Shown here piece by piece: positions 1 to 12,669 of a DNA stretch of 64,000 nucleotides (positions are counted from its first letter, which is position 1; each line of letters starts with the position of its first letter). The notes under the pieces are model-generated. The model was not told where the DNA came from. It did not search any database and saw only the letters and a program-made list of their open reading frames with translations. The translations under genes and the position numbers were made by a program. Source of the stretch: Rhynchobatus australiae (Eukaryota); contig JAUZTB010000087.1 of assembly GCA_034780895.1 (NCBI GenBank), positions 91,780,204 through 91,844,203 of the forward strand. Direction: 5' to 3'.

Positions 1-59
1 AACTCTGAAAAAAAATTAAACTAATATAGTGAAAGGAGAAACTGTGTTTCAAGTCTGAG

Positions 60-420
60 GAGCTTTGCAACAGTTGATGCTGCTGCCTCACGGCTCCAGG
101 CACCCTGATTCAATCCTGACTTCAGGTGCAGGCAATCTGAGTTTACACATTCTCCCATTACCACATGGGTTTCCTGCAAGGGTTATTGGCTTCCTCCCAT
201 ATCCCAAAAGTGTACTGCTAGGTTAATTGGCTACAATAAATTACCCCTTAATATAGGTAAGGGTTTAAAAAAAATCTAAGAGAACTTGATAGGCATGTGA
301 GAAGAAGTAAGTTGCAGGGGTACAGGTAAGTAAGAAGGGGGAATAAGACTGATGGGATTTCTATGCTGAGACCCAGCATGGGCCCAATGAGCCAAATGAA
401 CTCTGTTTGTGTTCTAAGTA
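60..420 (+). mobile_element. tRNA-derived V-SINE (HE1-like), degenerate
   Basis: Contains 'gctgcctcacggctccagg...gattcaatcctgacttcaggtgc...tgggtttcc...ttcctcccatatcccaaaag...ggttaattggc'. This is a tRNA-like head plus V-domain, and similar copies lie at ~12360 (+) and ~55670 (-). Confidence 0.7.
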
Positions 421-1924
421 AGTTTTCCTCATAGTAGATGGACATATGCATCATGGAGGTTGGCAACTGTGGATTAATGGACTGCACTCTGGCCGGAGTC
501 AAAGCTTATAGGTTCCAATCCCCCTTCTGACACAGCAGCAAGAAAAAAAACAACATTTCTAGACAGCATGGAGAATGCTTCAGTGTCTTAGGTGCCATCT
601 AAGTCTGCCTGGGTATAATTCTTCTCACTGGTCATGCAACACCATGTCTATTACTGTATTTGATTTTGAAAATCAGCATTAAGATAAAGTTTAATGAAGT
701 ACATATACTCTAATAAAATNNNNNNNNNNNNNNNNNNNNNNNNNNNNNNNNNNNNNNNNNNNNNNNNNNNNNNNNNNNNNNNNNNNNNNNNNNNNNNNNN
801 NNNNNNNNNNNNNNNNNNNNNNNNNNNNNNNNNNNNNNNNNNNNNNNNNNNNNNNNNNNNNNNNNNNNNNNNNNNNNNNNNNNNNNNNNNNNNNNNNNNN
901 NNNNNNNNNNNNNNNNNNNNNNNNNNNNNNNNNNNNNNNNNNNNNNNNNNNNNNNNNNNNNNNNNNNNNNNNNNNNNNNNNNNNNNNNNNNNNNNNNNNN
1001 NNNNNNNNNNNNNNNNNNNNNNNNNNNNNNNNNNNNNNNNNNNTGTGAGAAGAATTATGTTTGGCTGTTAACATTTGTAATACAAAAGCCCAGTTAAAAT
1101 CTCCCTGTTTTCAATATTTTACATGACTGTAATTTATAAAACTATTTCCTGAGCCACATGCAACATGCTAAATGGTCAGGTATTTAAATCATTTCTGTTG
1201 TCCAATAGAATGTACATGGTTCAGGTAGTGGTAGAATTTAATCATTTCCTGACTGGTATATCTGGCCAGAAGAAGTAAACTAATCTTGTAAAACTCCAAT
1301 CCTGATTCCCCACCTAACTCCTATGAGATCGCAGACTTAGCAATCTTTCCCTGCTGAAATGAAGTCTCCATAGCCCCAAACTTCACTACTTCCACCACTA
1401 TGCAGTCTCCACTCCTTCAAATTTTATGGTGTCTCAGCAATTCCCATCTTGTGACTTCACCTGCTTCACCATTAACAAGATAGAGATTAATTGATATTTA
1501 AATATTTAGGGAATTAAGAGATAAAAGATTGGTTCAGGAAAGTGGCTTCAAGATAAAAGATCAACCAGAATCTTACTGAATGGCAGAGCAGGCATGAGGG
1601 GCTTCAACACTTAATCTAATCCCTCTCTGCTTCTGTCCTATTATAACCCAATATTATACTCAACTTTTGAGTATTTGGCCATCTTTTCTTCAATAGATCC
1701 CAGAATCTCAGCCTCATCAACTAGTATGCAAAGCACTACAAAATGAATACTCTATGAATACTGATAACCAAAGTACAAATGATGTGTACAATAATGCAAA
1801 AATTACTGATATCAATGTTAACATATTTCAATAGCAGTTCTTTCATTTATAGTGCTTTGGCATATTGAAGCATTGGAAAAAATGTTTCTTTTCAATTGCA
1901 GGACCTATTGAAATGTAGACAAAA

Positions 1925-2195
1925 TGCACCAACATCCCACAAACAGCCAAGCTGGTGGATCAATTAATTGGATTTTTGTAGGTACTTCTTGAAGTAGGAA
2001 TATTGTTAGAACATCAGAGATTGTTCAATCTTTTTTTAAAACACTGGCATCTTTAAACATCCATCTGAACAGTAACAGGCAACTTCTTGGTTACCTCAAG
2101 ATGGCAGTAGAGGTTCAGCCTATAATTTGACCTCAAGAGCAAGGTAGGAATTTTAAAAGCACAATATTCTGACTCATAGACAATGCTCCCAGACA
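1925..2195 (-). mobile_element. Deu-domain SINE (SacSINE1/AmnSINE-like), old and degenerate
   Basis: 'atcccacaaacagc...ggcatctttaaacatccatctga...agatggca...cagccta...ttctgactcataga' follows the recalled reverse-strand DeuSINE consensus in order. Confidence 0.55.
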
Positions 2196-3349
2196 GGTAT
2201 TAACTGAATCAAACTGACTTCCTCTGAAATATTAACACCAAGAAGCTAACATCTGTGCATCACAGATTAACTATCATGATAATAGACTGTGTTTTCTAAC
2301 CCCCATNNNNNNNNNNNNNNNNNNNNNNNNNNNNNNNNNNNNNNNNNNNNNNNNNNNNNNNNNNNNNNNNNNNNNNNNNNNNNNNNNNNNNNNNNNNNNN
2401 NNNNNNNNNNNNNNNNNNNNNNNNNNNNNNNNNNNNNNNNNNNNNNNNNNNNNNNNNNNNNNNNNNNNNNNNNNNNNNNNNNNNNNNNNNNNNNNNNNNN
2501 NNNNNNNNNNNNNNNNNNNNNNNNNNNNNNNNNNNNNNNNNNNNNNNTGAAAATTCTTTCTCTGTGTCAATAAGGAACTTGGGTATTAAAACAATGTGTT
2601 TGAGGCAATGAAAGATTCATTTGAATACCATAACCCCCAGCTAGAGTCAGAATATGTCAGAGGGTCTATGACACATGCAATTCCCTTTAGAAGCACAGTT
2701 GTCCTATTTTCAATTTTAATACAGCAAAACTTCATTAAGAAATAACTATTTTCACATTTTATTCTGTAGCTAACTACAAGTAAATGTACAGAAGCAAATC
2801 AGATTGAGTTGTTCTTCCTCTACCATTCAAGTTCAGGTCCTGCCCTGAATGTTCCATAGCTGACATTCCCAAAATCCTACTCTAATGAGATCTGAAGGAA
2901 CTGTAGCCTACAATACAAAAGAGAAGCCTGTGGGCAGATCCATGCACCACACTAATAACAATACACATTTTAAATTTCTGACATGACATTATCTGAGGAA
3001 ATCAGATTCTGACTATAAAAGAAACACCAGGTACTAATAAATTGTTGCCAAGCTTCTATCTGTTCCTATTGATACACCTACATGAAACAACTCTTGTATT
3101 CAAGTCTGGTTTAACGTAATTTTTATGCGCTTTGTCTTATCACATAGGATAACCTGTGATCAAGCATCCATTATATATTACCTTGTAACATTACCCTCGC
3201 TGAAGTTTATATGTCAAGCAGTACAGTCTGTGCTTCATATGATATGATATGATTTTTACTAATACAATGTCCTAAATATAAACTGTGATACTTACCATTT
3301 CAGAGTACTGAATTAACAGTAACAAAATCAGGATCAAAATACTAATATT

Positions 3350-3583
3350 TCACGCAATCAGATTGGAAAATCTACTTGCTGTTTTTTTTCTATTAAACAT
3401 ATGAATAAGGCTCATTTTCTCTTGTTCTGGTTTCTGAGTAGTGCACATGCTGATGAGAGGCACACGCTTTGATCTACACTCTGTCACATAGTATGAACAA
3501 GTTTTCAGATGTTCTGCCATGCTGGGGTTGTCATTAAAATTCCAGTTTTCAATTGTGGAAAAGAAAGAGCTGAATTGCCACTT
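3350..3583 (-). CDS. FBXO40: F-box only protein 40, last coding exon (KWQFSSFFSTIENWNFNDNPSMAEHLKTCSYY...NLIA*)
   Basis: Acceptor ctttctttttattacag|AAG at 3583; 234 nt (78 codons) ending in TGA at 3352-3350. The peptide matches the recalled human FBXO40 C-terminus (WQFSS..FS.I..W.FN...SM.EHLK.C). Not in the supplied ORF list. Confidence 0.93.
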   Translation of the reverse strand, partial: KWQFSSFFSTIENWNFNDNPSMAEHLKTCSYYVTECRSKRVPLISMCTTQKPEQEKMSLIHMFNRKKTASRFSNLIA

Positions 3584-5199
3584 CTGTAATAAAAAGAAAG
3601 TTATATTATTAAATCAAGGTTCAGTTTGCAAAATCAAATTATACATGTTAAAGATACCCTTAATGTTGTAAAGAGATAATTCCACGAAATAACTAACGTG
3701 AGAATTTTTACCCCAAGTGCAAGCACTTTTAGTTATTATTGGTAGCATTTAACAGCTGGCTTAAGATAAGAATTCAAGAAGAGCCAAATGAGATTCCCTA
3801 GAGTACATTGCTTGGAGACAGTTAAACCTGATTTCCATATCTTAGAGTTGAAGTTCTGCTTACTTCTACTATTTTATATAAGTACAAAGGGGAGGAATCA
3901 GTCAAAGGAGCTCTAAAGATTGAGAAATTTTAGACATTAATTATATCCAAAGCCACTCATGCAGATATTTTCCATAATCATCTTTGCTGGTTCATGATTC
4001 AATGTGCCCAAATCAGGTCCTCTGAGAAAAGTACTAGCATCCACAGATGGCTACAGTGTGATTCTGCTAATTATGCTGTTTCACAAACCACTTCAAATTA
4101 TGGTCATTTTCTTTCGCTCACAGCATGTTTAAAAAGTTTTAACTTATCACCAGTAAACCCATTGAATTGTTCACCATGCTTTAATTTCAAGTCATTTTTG
4201 TTAATTTTAAATCCAGTTGCTCATAGGAGGAAGGAATAGACACTCCTATTTAGAAATAGTTATTTCTGGTGATAAAGTCCCTAACTATTGTAATACACAA
4301 AGATACTTCTCTAAGTAAAGAAATAATTTTAATGGACAATAAAATAAAATAATTAATCATAATCTATTATACTGCCCAATCACAGTGCTTCATGGACACT
4401 TATGTTTGTGATTAAGCAAATAAATCCTAAAAATATGAAGTCTAATCTAATCTGGAGATTATAAATGCCATTTTGGTATGGGTCTTAAACCCTAGACCCA
4501 TTCACAAACACAGACTCTGAGCAGCTGATCAATTCATTTGTACACTCCTGGACTACTATGTGGTGGGGAAGGGGCAGGACAGGAGATAAGCTACACTGAT
4601 CTCTATGGGTAACTGTAATCATATGTGTCAGAACAAGACATTGATAGTTTCTGCTTTCTCTCTGTGTCAAGTCTAATGAGTGCTTAATATGACAAAACAG
4701 TAATTATATTGAGAGAAATCATTATCACAGATCCTTAAAATGACTTTGGTGTAGCTTGTGCTTTAGTACAAGATACTGAGATTCTTTCAGGAATATAAAT
4801 AAGATTTATTCGAAACTAACTCTATCTTACATATACAAGGAAAACTACTACCAGCAGCAAGAATGTATTTGTAGTTGTATCATCTATTTCAAATGGTAGG
4901 AACCTCTACAAAATAAGCAGCATCAATTGCATTCATTGAGCTCAATATAGCTAGAGATCCAGTAGCAGTTACATTATTGAAACAATTTGTAATCCAGAGG
5001 CCTGGACAATCTACAAACTATGAAATCTAATTCCACCATTGCAGTTATTGAATTTGAATTCCGTTCTAAAAAAAACTGGGAATTACAAGCTGTCAATCAG
5101 TAAAGGTGATCATGAAGTTCTCAAGATTTATAACTGGTTTATTATAGTCCTTTAGGGAAGGAAATCTGTTCTTAACCCATCTGGTCTGGATCCACATGG

Positions 5200-5945
5200 T
5201 TGGGTCCCCATTCATCATTATGAAGGGACGATTCCTTCCACGACACCTCGATCCACTTTTCCATCTCCATCAACTATTCCCTTTCTCATTGGCACTTTCC
5301 CATGTAACTATGGGTATCAGAATGTCTGCCTATTTACCTCTTCCCTTCCCACCAATCAGAATGCAAACGGATGAAGCAGTAATTTCATTCACACATTTAG
5401 AGTATCTCATTTGGTGCTCACGATATGGTCTTCTCTAAATCAGAGAAACCAAACATAGATTGGGGAAAACTTTGCAGAACTGCTCCTTTCGATCTGCAAG
5501 GGTGACCATGAACTTCCATTAATTCTCCATCCTACTCCCACTCTGACCTCTGTCCTTGCCCCCATATATTGCTTCAATGATACCCAACAGAAACTCGAGG
5601 AACAGCTACTCATCTTCAGACGAGGCACATTACAACCCTTGCAACTTACTACAGAGTTTAATAATTTTAGATAAACCCTCTTTTTTCATGGTTGTGGCTG
5701 TAACTTTGCTTCAATTTGTCCCTATATCATTTTGTCCTAACTGTCAGTTTCTAAAGTAATTGTTACCTTGATTATTTTAGCCTGCACCCTATCATAGACA
5801 TCTTTCTCTCTCTGCAAATTAAATCATGCTCTTCTTCTTTCTTTTCCAGGTTTGATGAAAGGTCCTTGACTGTTTCCAGCCTGTTGCTCTCCCCTCTGTG
5901 ACTGTCTGACCTGCTGAATGCTTCCAGCACTCTTTTGTTTTGGTT
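5200..5945 (+). mobile_element. Penelope-like element 3' fragment (GIY-YIG remnant and terminal region)
   Basis: 'tatctcatttggtgctcacgatatggtcttctctaaatcagagaaaccaaacatagattgggg' resembles VYCIRCS.CGLLYIGETKRRLG. It ends with the 'tctgacctgctgaatgcttccagca' tail shared by other copies in the window. Confidence 0.7.
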
Positions 5946-7762
5946 GGCTCTTAACTTCCTTTGAAATAACTTAGCAAATCATTCAGTTTCTTAGGGTGAG
6001 TACCAGGTGTGAGTCTTCCCAGGGACGCCTACATTCCAAAAAAAGAATAAAACTGAAGTCGATTTTGCAGTTGCTGCTGACTCTCATTCAGCTCACAAAC
6101 CTTCTGTGGTCATTTGAGTAGTATCATCTTTATCGAGCCTCTGAAAAGAGGATTGACACCATTGTGAATAAGGCAACTGCATCATTTCAACCTCTCAGGT
6201 TTAAGAAAATTCAGTGAGACATGCATAGCCCAAAGCAGAAAAAGAAAACTAGAATGTTTAAATCAATGTAAAATCATGCACAGAAAACAAAAATAACTCA
6301 AGGGAAAAAGATGGAATTAAGAGAGATAAGGAAATAGAAATGTTTCTTTAAAATGTAAAATCGTAAACAGCAGAATGGGNNNNNNNNNNNNNNNNNNNNN
6401 NNNNNNNNNNNNNNNNNNNNNNNNNNNNNNNNNNNNNNNNNNNNNNNNNNNNNNNNNNNNNNNNNNNNNNNNNNNNNNNAGTCACAGGAGGGGTGGGTGA
6501 CAGATGATGCAGATTTTCAAATTGTTTTCAGAACTCAACTTACTGCAAGGTTGGTACACAGTGTCAGGGCTAACGGAATATGGGATATGGAAACAAAACA
6601 TTGCAGAATTTGGAAATCTGAAAATGTCTGAGATTCCCAGCAGATCCGGCAGCTTTTTCTATCATTTTATTAAATTTCATCATACTTGAATGGGCAAGCT
6701 ATTTCTGGAATGTTTAGTGGATATCTAGTGGGTAAATATTGCAACTTCAGACTCTTACATGTATTATGATTTGGAGCTAACTAGGCAAGGTACCACATAG
6801 TACAGCCTGTGAAGGAGCAAGTTAATTGGACAGTAAATCCTGTTTTTTCCTGTTTTACTGTGCATGTGCAGATGCTTTCTGATTTACACCGTAATGAAGG
6901 TGAACACTAATTGCCTCACCATTATTCTCATTGTAAAAGCGGGACTCTGGAAAAGTATGCTGTTCATAGACCTTGAGGTCTAGCAAATTATTCTCTTGCC
7001 TTTCTAATATGCTAGAAGCAAGGACAGAGCAGTGTTTTATTGCAGTGTTTTCAAAGGACAGTGGGCCAATACAAAGAAATGATCTATTATTTGAATCATA
7101 CAATGCATTATCAGTAATGTTGTTTTGTTATCATTAGGTATGAGTTAAACACACTGTGGGAATGCATGTGATCAAGAATCTGAATGCCATGAATTGCTTT
7201 TCCCAGATTTAGTAACATTACAATCAAGTCTGGTTATTTTTAAACTGTCAGAGATTACACAAAGAGGAGAACTAAATGAAGGTCAACATATTATCAATGT
7301 TTGCTTTGGTAATGGAAAAATAGCAAATTGGGGTCATTGACTTTGCAGAAAGTAATTTTTAGGTCGTTGAAGAACATTTTGTTTCTAAAAAACATTTAGA
7401 AATATTTTCATAGTAAAGTGTGATTATTGCTGGTATTTTCAATAAATACCCCATACCCCAATGGAAAAGCAATAGAAATGAACAAATAGCCAGTAACATA
7501 TCAAAATATCCCAAAGTGCTTTACAGACATCATCAAACAAAACTTAACATCAAACCACATAAGGAGATATTGATAGAGAAACATCAACAAAACTGCTGAC
7601 ATTATCATGCATTACTGACTGTAACTTTGGGATTTCTGTGTATGCAAACACAGCAGTCCCAAAATTGCTATTAACACTTCATCGCTTTGAAGATGACAGA
7701 GACCTGGTGCTGAAATTCATACAGAAGTCAGCAGGGGAATGGCAAAATTGGCAAAATGCCTT

Positions 7763-9200
7763 AGAACATAGAATGTTACAGCACAGTACTGGCCCTTTGG
7801 CCCATCCTGCTCCAATATCTATCTAACCCTTCCCTCCCACATAGCCCTCCATTTCTCTATCATTCATGTGGCTATCTAAGAGTCTCTTAANNNNNNNNNN
7901 NNNNNNNNNNNNNNNNNNNNNNNNNNNNNNNNNNNNNNNNNNNNNNNNNNNNNNNNNNNNNNNNNNNNNNNNNNNNNNNNNNNNNNNNNNNNNNNNNNNN
8001 NNNNNNNNNNNNNNNNNNNNNNNNNNNNNNNNNNNNNNNNNNNNNNNNNNNNNNNNNNNNNNNNNNNNNNNNNNNNNNNNNNNNNNNNNNNNNNNNNNNN
8101 NNNNNNNNNNNNNNNNNNNNNNNNNNNNNNNNNNNNNNNNNNNNNNNNNNNNNNNNNNNNNNNNNNNNNNNNNNNNNNNNNNNNNNNNNNNNNNNNNNNN
8201 NNNNNNNNNNNNNNNNNNNNNNNNNNNNNNNNNNNNNNNNNNNNNNNNNNNNNNNNNNNNNNNNNNNNNNNNNNNNNNNNNNNNNNNNNNNNNNNNNNNN
8301 NNNNNNNNNNNNNNNNNNNNNNNNNNNNNNNNNNNNNNNNNNNNNNNNNNNNNNNNNNNNNNNNNNNNNNNNNNNNNNNNNNNNNNNNNNNNNNNNNNNN
8401 NNNNNNNNNNNNNNNNNNNNNNNNNNNNNNNNNNNNNNNNNNNNNNNNNNNNNNNNNNNNNNNNNNNNNNNNNNNNNNNNNNNNNNNNNNNNNNNNNNNN
8501 NNNNNNNNNNNNNNNNNNNNNNNNNNNNNNNNNNNNNNNNNNNNNNNNNNNNNNNNNNNNNNNNNNNNNNNNNNNNNNNNNNNNNNNNNNNNNNNNNNNN
8601 NNNNNNNNNNNNNNNNNNNNNNNNNNNNNNNNNNNNNNNNNNNNNNNNNNNNNNNNNNNNNNNNNNNNNNNNNNNNNNNNNNNNNNAAACTTACTAACCC
8701 AACCTTCCACATCCTTTTCCCAGATTTGCTGAAGGATCCTGTATCAAGAAAGAACCAAGGGTACTTGAACAGGGCAGCAAATTTTTTAAAAAATACTAAT
8801 TTATATGCTTTAAAATCCTTGAAGCTGTAGAAGTGGTCAGGAATCTTCAGAAGTATTTAGTAATCTTCTAAGACTCCACCAATTTTTGTCATGCCTGCAA
8901 ACTTACTAATCAGATCACCTACATTCTCATCTAAGTCATTTATATATATTAAAAACAACAAAGATCCCAGAACTGATCCCTGCAGTACACCACTTGTTAC
9001 AGACTTCTAGTCAGAAAAACACTCTTCCACCACTACCCTCTGCCTCCTATCACCAACCCAATTTTGTATCCAGTTTACCAACTTGCTTCAGACCCCTTGT
9101 GCCTTAACCTTCTGGACCAGCCTACCATGTGGGACCTTGTCAGAAGTTTTACTAAAGTCCACGTAAACCATGTCTACCTTGCTGCCTACATCAATGTTCT
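7763..9200 (-). mobile_element. CR1-type LINE 3' part, interrupted by a gap
   Basis: Starts with the 'agaacatagaatgttacagcacagtactggccctttggccc' tail. After the gap, 'ctgcaaacttactaatc' encodes ISKFA on the minus strand (RT catalytic region). Homologous to 51130-52560. Confidence 0.75.
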
Positions 9201-9382
9201 TAAAGAGGCTTTGTTCAGATTTTTCTTTAAATAACCTAACATTAAGTATGAATACAGAGGATCAAGAAGGCAAAATGTGGTTACATTTATTTATGTCTCA
9301 ATTATAGAGCTAAGAAGGCAGCCACTAAGGTTTTTAGTAGTTTTCTTTAAGAACTCCAATTAACATAATGAAATGTACTTGC

Positions 9383-11269
9383 CCTTTTTCGAGCTCTCCA
9401 AGAAAAATTTCCATGCGAGTAGTTTTTCTTTTCCCAGACAAGATGGACCATGCCACGCTCTTGCAGTAATGCAGAGGAGACCTCATTCATCAATACAGAC
9501 ACTTGGGACAACTGTGTTAGGCTATAGCCATCCAAGAAGCTTGCAATATGCCTCAGGATCTCAAATGGAAGGCTACTTAGGCTAAGTAAATTCTTCCCAA
9601 CTCCCTGTGCATTTATGTCCCCATTACCATTCTGACACAAAACTGGAGGAACATCTGGCTTGATTGCAAACGCACTCTGTTGTTGATTGTAGATCATCTT
9701 TGCCTTCTGTGTGGAGGGACAGAATCTCTGTTGGGTGTAGGAACAGCCAAGATAAGCTAAAGGACATTTCTGTACCATCCATCCATTCAGGGATGACTGA
9801 ATGTCAGCATGTACATTCTTAAAGTGTGATGAAAACTCATCTCGTCTGAAGAAATGGTGACACATGAATGTAAAGACAGAAATCGACTTGCTATATCTTT
9901 TTGTCACGCATTCTGTCTGGAGTTGCAAATATAGGCAAGAAGCTTTCTCTGCCGCTACATCAGCCAAAACCACATCACGACCAAAAGGAGCAGAGGGAAA
10001 AGAATAAGTCTGAGTCGCAACATCAGTTACTAGTCTATTAGTGGTCTTTGTTTCTGATATGGCATGGCCTTTTAGCATTTTCTCCAAATAACAAAGCAAT
10101 GCAATAGTTACTTCATCATTTTGAGGACTCACTATGTCTAGGTCAGAAGTGTCCACAGATTTGGTTTCCATTTTTTTCTTATGTGTTGAATAATGTTCAC
10201 GATTCATTCGGTAGCTGGTTGGAATCTTAAATGTATTGACAGTTACAACCTCCTGGGCCTCCAGATTTCCATAAACAAAGTCTTTTTCTTTGGGTGTACA
10301 TGCACACATCTGACCAAATCGAATAAGCATGCTGCCATGATGCACCAAGTACATATTGAAATGTTTTCTATCCATCTGAGATTGCAGTCTATCCAGGACA
10401 CCTTCTTGCCAAGGAGCTTCACCTGTCTTTTCTATTGCTGTTAATAAAGATGGGTCCGATGAATTGGTTTTATTCTCAATCAATTTTTTCTTATTATCAG
10501 TGCTGTTTGCTTTCTCGCTTTTCTGAGTATTTATAACTTCTGCAGTTTTCTCTTCAGTCATACAGCCACCTTTATCCTTACTGAAAATACCCTCCCAAGA
10601 AGAATACTTTGCAAAATCTACCATGTCCTCAGATTCTGTTGTTTGTTCTTCTTGGGTTAGTTCAACCATGTCTTCTACATCAGTACTGATTTTGTCAATT
10701 CCATTTTGATGCATTTCTGTTCCTGTTTTGAGATAGTCACTATCCAAACAAGCAGAGGCCACAAGCGATCCTCCTACTGCCCCTGTTGCTTTCAAATCCA
10801 AATCATTCTCATTAACATTCTCTGCCATCTCTGGAAAAAGGTCTGCCATCCTAACAGCATTGAAAATTATTCGCTGATCCCTCATTGCAGTGCCCAACAC
10901 TAAATTCTCTGGATTAAGGGATTCTTTAACTACATTATTCTTTATTATGTCTTCTTCATTAGCTGGCCAGCGATTCCATTGCATTGAGCAGCATACAATG
11001 CTGGCAGGGCAGACACGAAGGTGTTTGGAAAGTTTGTAGCGTGCCATGGAGAAGGGGCAGCCAAAGGCTGAATTTATGCAAGGAACATGTTCCAGAGGAC
11101 ACAATAGAGTGTGCTCATTTTCCTTACACTGATGAAAAATAGCCCCACACTTGGAAGGACAACTGATAACCAAACAGGAAATAGAAGGTTCAAATGACTT
11201 TTTACAGTGGCGACTGTAACATTTTTCACAATGTATGTGCAATCGAGGAGCTGAACTTCTATTTCTGAT
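9383..11269 (-). CDS. FBXO40: F-box only protein 40, large central exon (TRAF-type Zn finger, F-box)
   Basis: Acceptor tttgcttttgtag|ATC at 11269; 1887 nt (629 codons) with no stop. It has HCEKCYSRHC and CPSKCGAIFHQCKENEHTLLCP zinc motifs and the F-box LSSLPFEILRHIASFLDGYSLTQLSQVS. Donor is AGG|GCAAGT at 9383/9382. Confidence 0.96.
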
Positions 11270-11599
11270 CTACAAAAGCAAAAGACATTTCATTAATTTA
11301 ATTGTTTTACCTGATTTTATATCCTTCTGTGGTGGGTGTAAATATTTTATGTACATTTGTAATGTTAGTCTAAAATTATGAAAATCTGAATGCGATTCTG
11401 TATCATACATTAAAATGTAAATCAAATATTTATAGGTAACTCCCCGGAAAATGTGAATCACTTTCTGTGTTCAAGGTTCCAGCTCCCAATGAAGGAAAAC
11501 GTGATGAAATGCATCACTTCTTCCAGTGTGCCAGCAGAGCTTTTAACCTACTGAGGAAAGGAATTTTCAAACAGCAAGATTCCCAATACCAACATCATG

Positions 11600-12000
11600 G
11601 ACTACCAAGCAGAAATTATTTCTAACGTCTTGTACATTTTGGAGACATGGGCAACCTACAGAAGGCACCGTAAAGTACTAGAGAAGTACCACCAATGCTG
11701 TCTCTCCAACATCCTGAGCATTGAGGCATTGATTGCGCTACGTAGCTCCAGTGGATGAGCCACATTGTCTGCATGCCTGATACCAGACTCCCAAAACAAG
11801 TATCTTGACTTCCAGTGAGGCAAGAGATTTCCGGCTAGACAGACAAAACACATCAAGGATGTTCTCAAAGTCATTGAGTAAAACATGTCATACCCACTAA
11901 CTCATGGGAATCCCTATCCATCCCTGCTCAAAATGGAGAAAGCATGTCAGGAAGGCATTGAACACCTCAGGTCCTTACAAGGGGAACACGTGGAAGCCTT
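11600..12000 (+). mobile_element. RTE-clade LINE 3' fragment, degenerate
   Basis: 'gagacatgggcaacctacagaaggcaccgtaaagtactagagaagtaccaccaatgctgtctc' resembles ETW.TYRRH...LE.YHQ.CL. 'gccacattgtctgcatgcctgataccagactcccaaaacaa' resembles HI..MPDTRLPKQ. Both are typical RTE C-terminal motifs. Confidence 0.7.
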
Positions 12001-12359
12001 AAGACCATGTGCAAATAATATAAAAAATGCATACCATTAACAATCCATCCAAACACCTAGTTAAGCTCTATGTGTCCAACTCGTCACAAAGTCTGTGGAT
12101 CCCTCGTAGGACTCATCAGTTATTTCAAAACTCAGCCTTGATCCTAAGGAACAGCCTTAAAAGACAAGTAACACTTTTCTAGGTCATAAGGAACTCAACT
12201 TTTGCTTTATTTGGCCAAGTGCAGCAACTCCAGACCACAGTAACAGAACTCAAATTACTGCCCAAGGTCACACAGCTTGGAAACAAGCCCTTTGGCCCAC
12301 CGCGTCCATACTATTTGTAGACAGTTGACAGGTAACATGAAGATGGAGTTAGGGATTAA

Positions 12360-12655
12360 AGGTACAGTGGCATAGTTAGTAGAACTAGTGCCTCACAATT
12401 CCAGTGACTCAGGTTCAATCCTGACTTCTGGTGCTGTCTAGGCAGAGTTTGTATGTTCTCTTTGTAACCACATGCAGGTAGGTTTGTTAATTGGCCACAG
12501 TGAATTACCCCTAATGTGTTTGTGCATGGTAGAAACTGGGACAGTTGAAGGGAATGGGAGGAGAATAAAAATGGATTGGTGCAGAGGTCTACTTGATGGT
12601 CAATGTAAAAAAAGAAGCTAAATAACCTTTTCCTGTTGTAATATTTCTATGTTTC
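12360..12655 (+). mobile_element. V-SINE (HE1-like)
   Basis: 'ggtacagtggcatagttagtagaactagtgcctcacaattccagtgactcaggttcaatcctgacttctggtgctgtc' has A-box- and B-box-like motifs and is similar to 60-420. Confidence 0.7.
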
Positions 12656-12669
12656 CTGAAGCTAGCATG

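Noticed and set aside
9347-11242. 631-aa single-exon gene as listed in the ORF track
   Set aside because: It starts at a TTG and reads into the intron. The real exon is 9383-11269 with flanking exons at 14716 and 3583.
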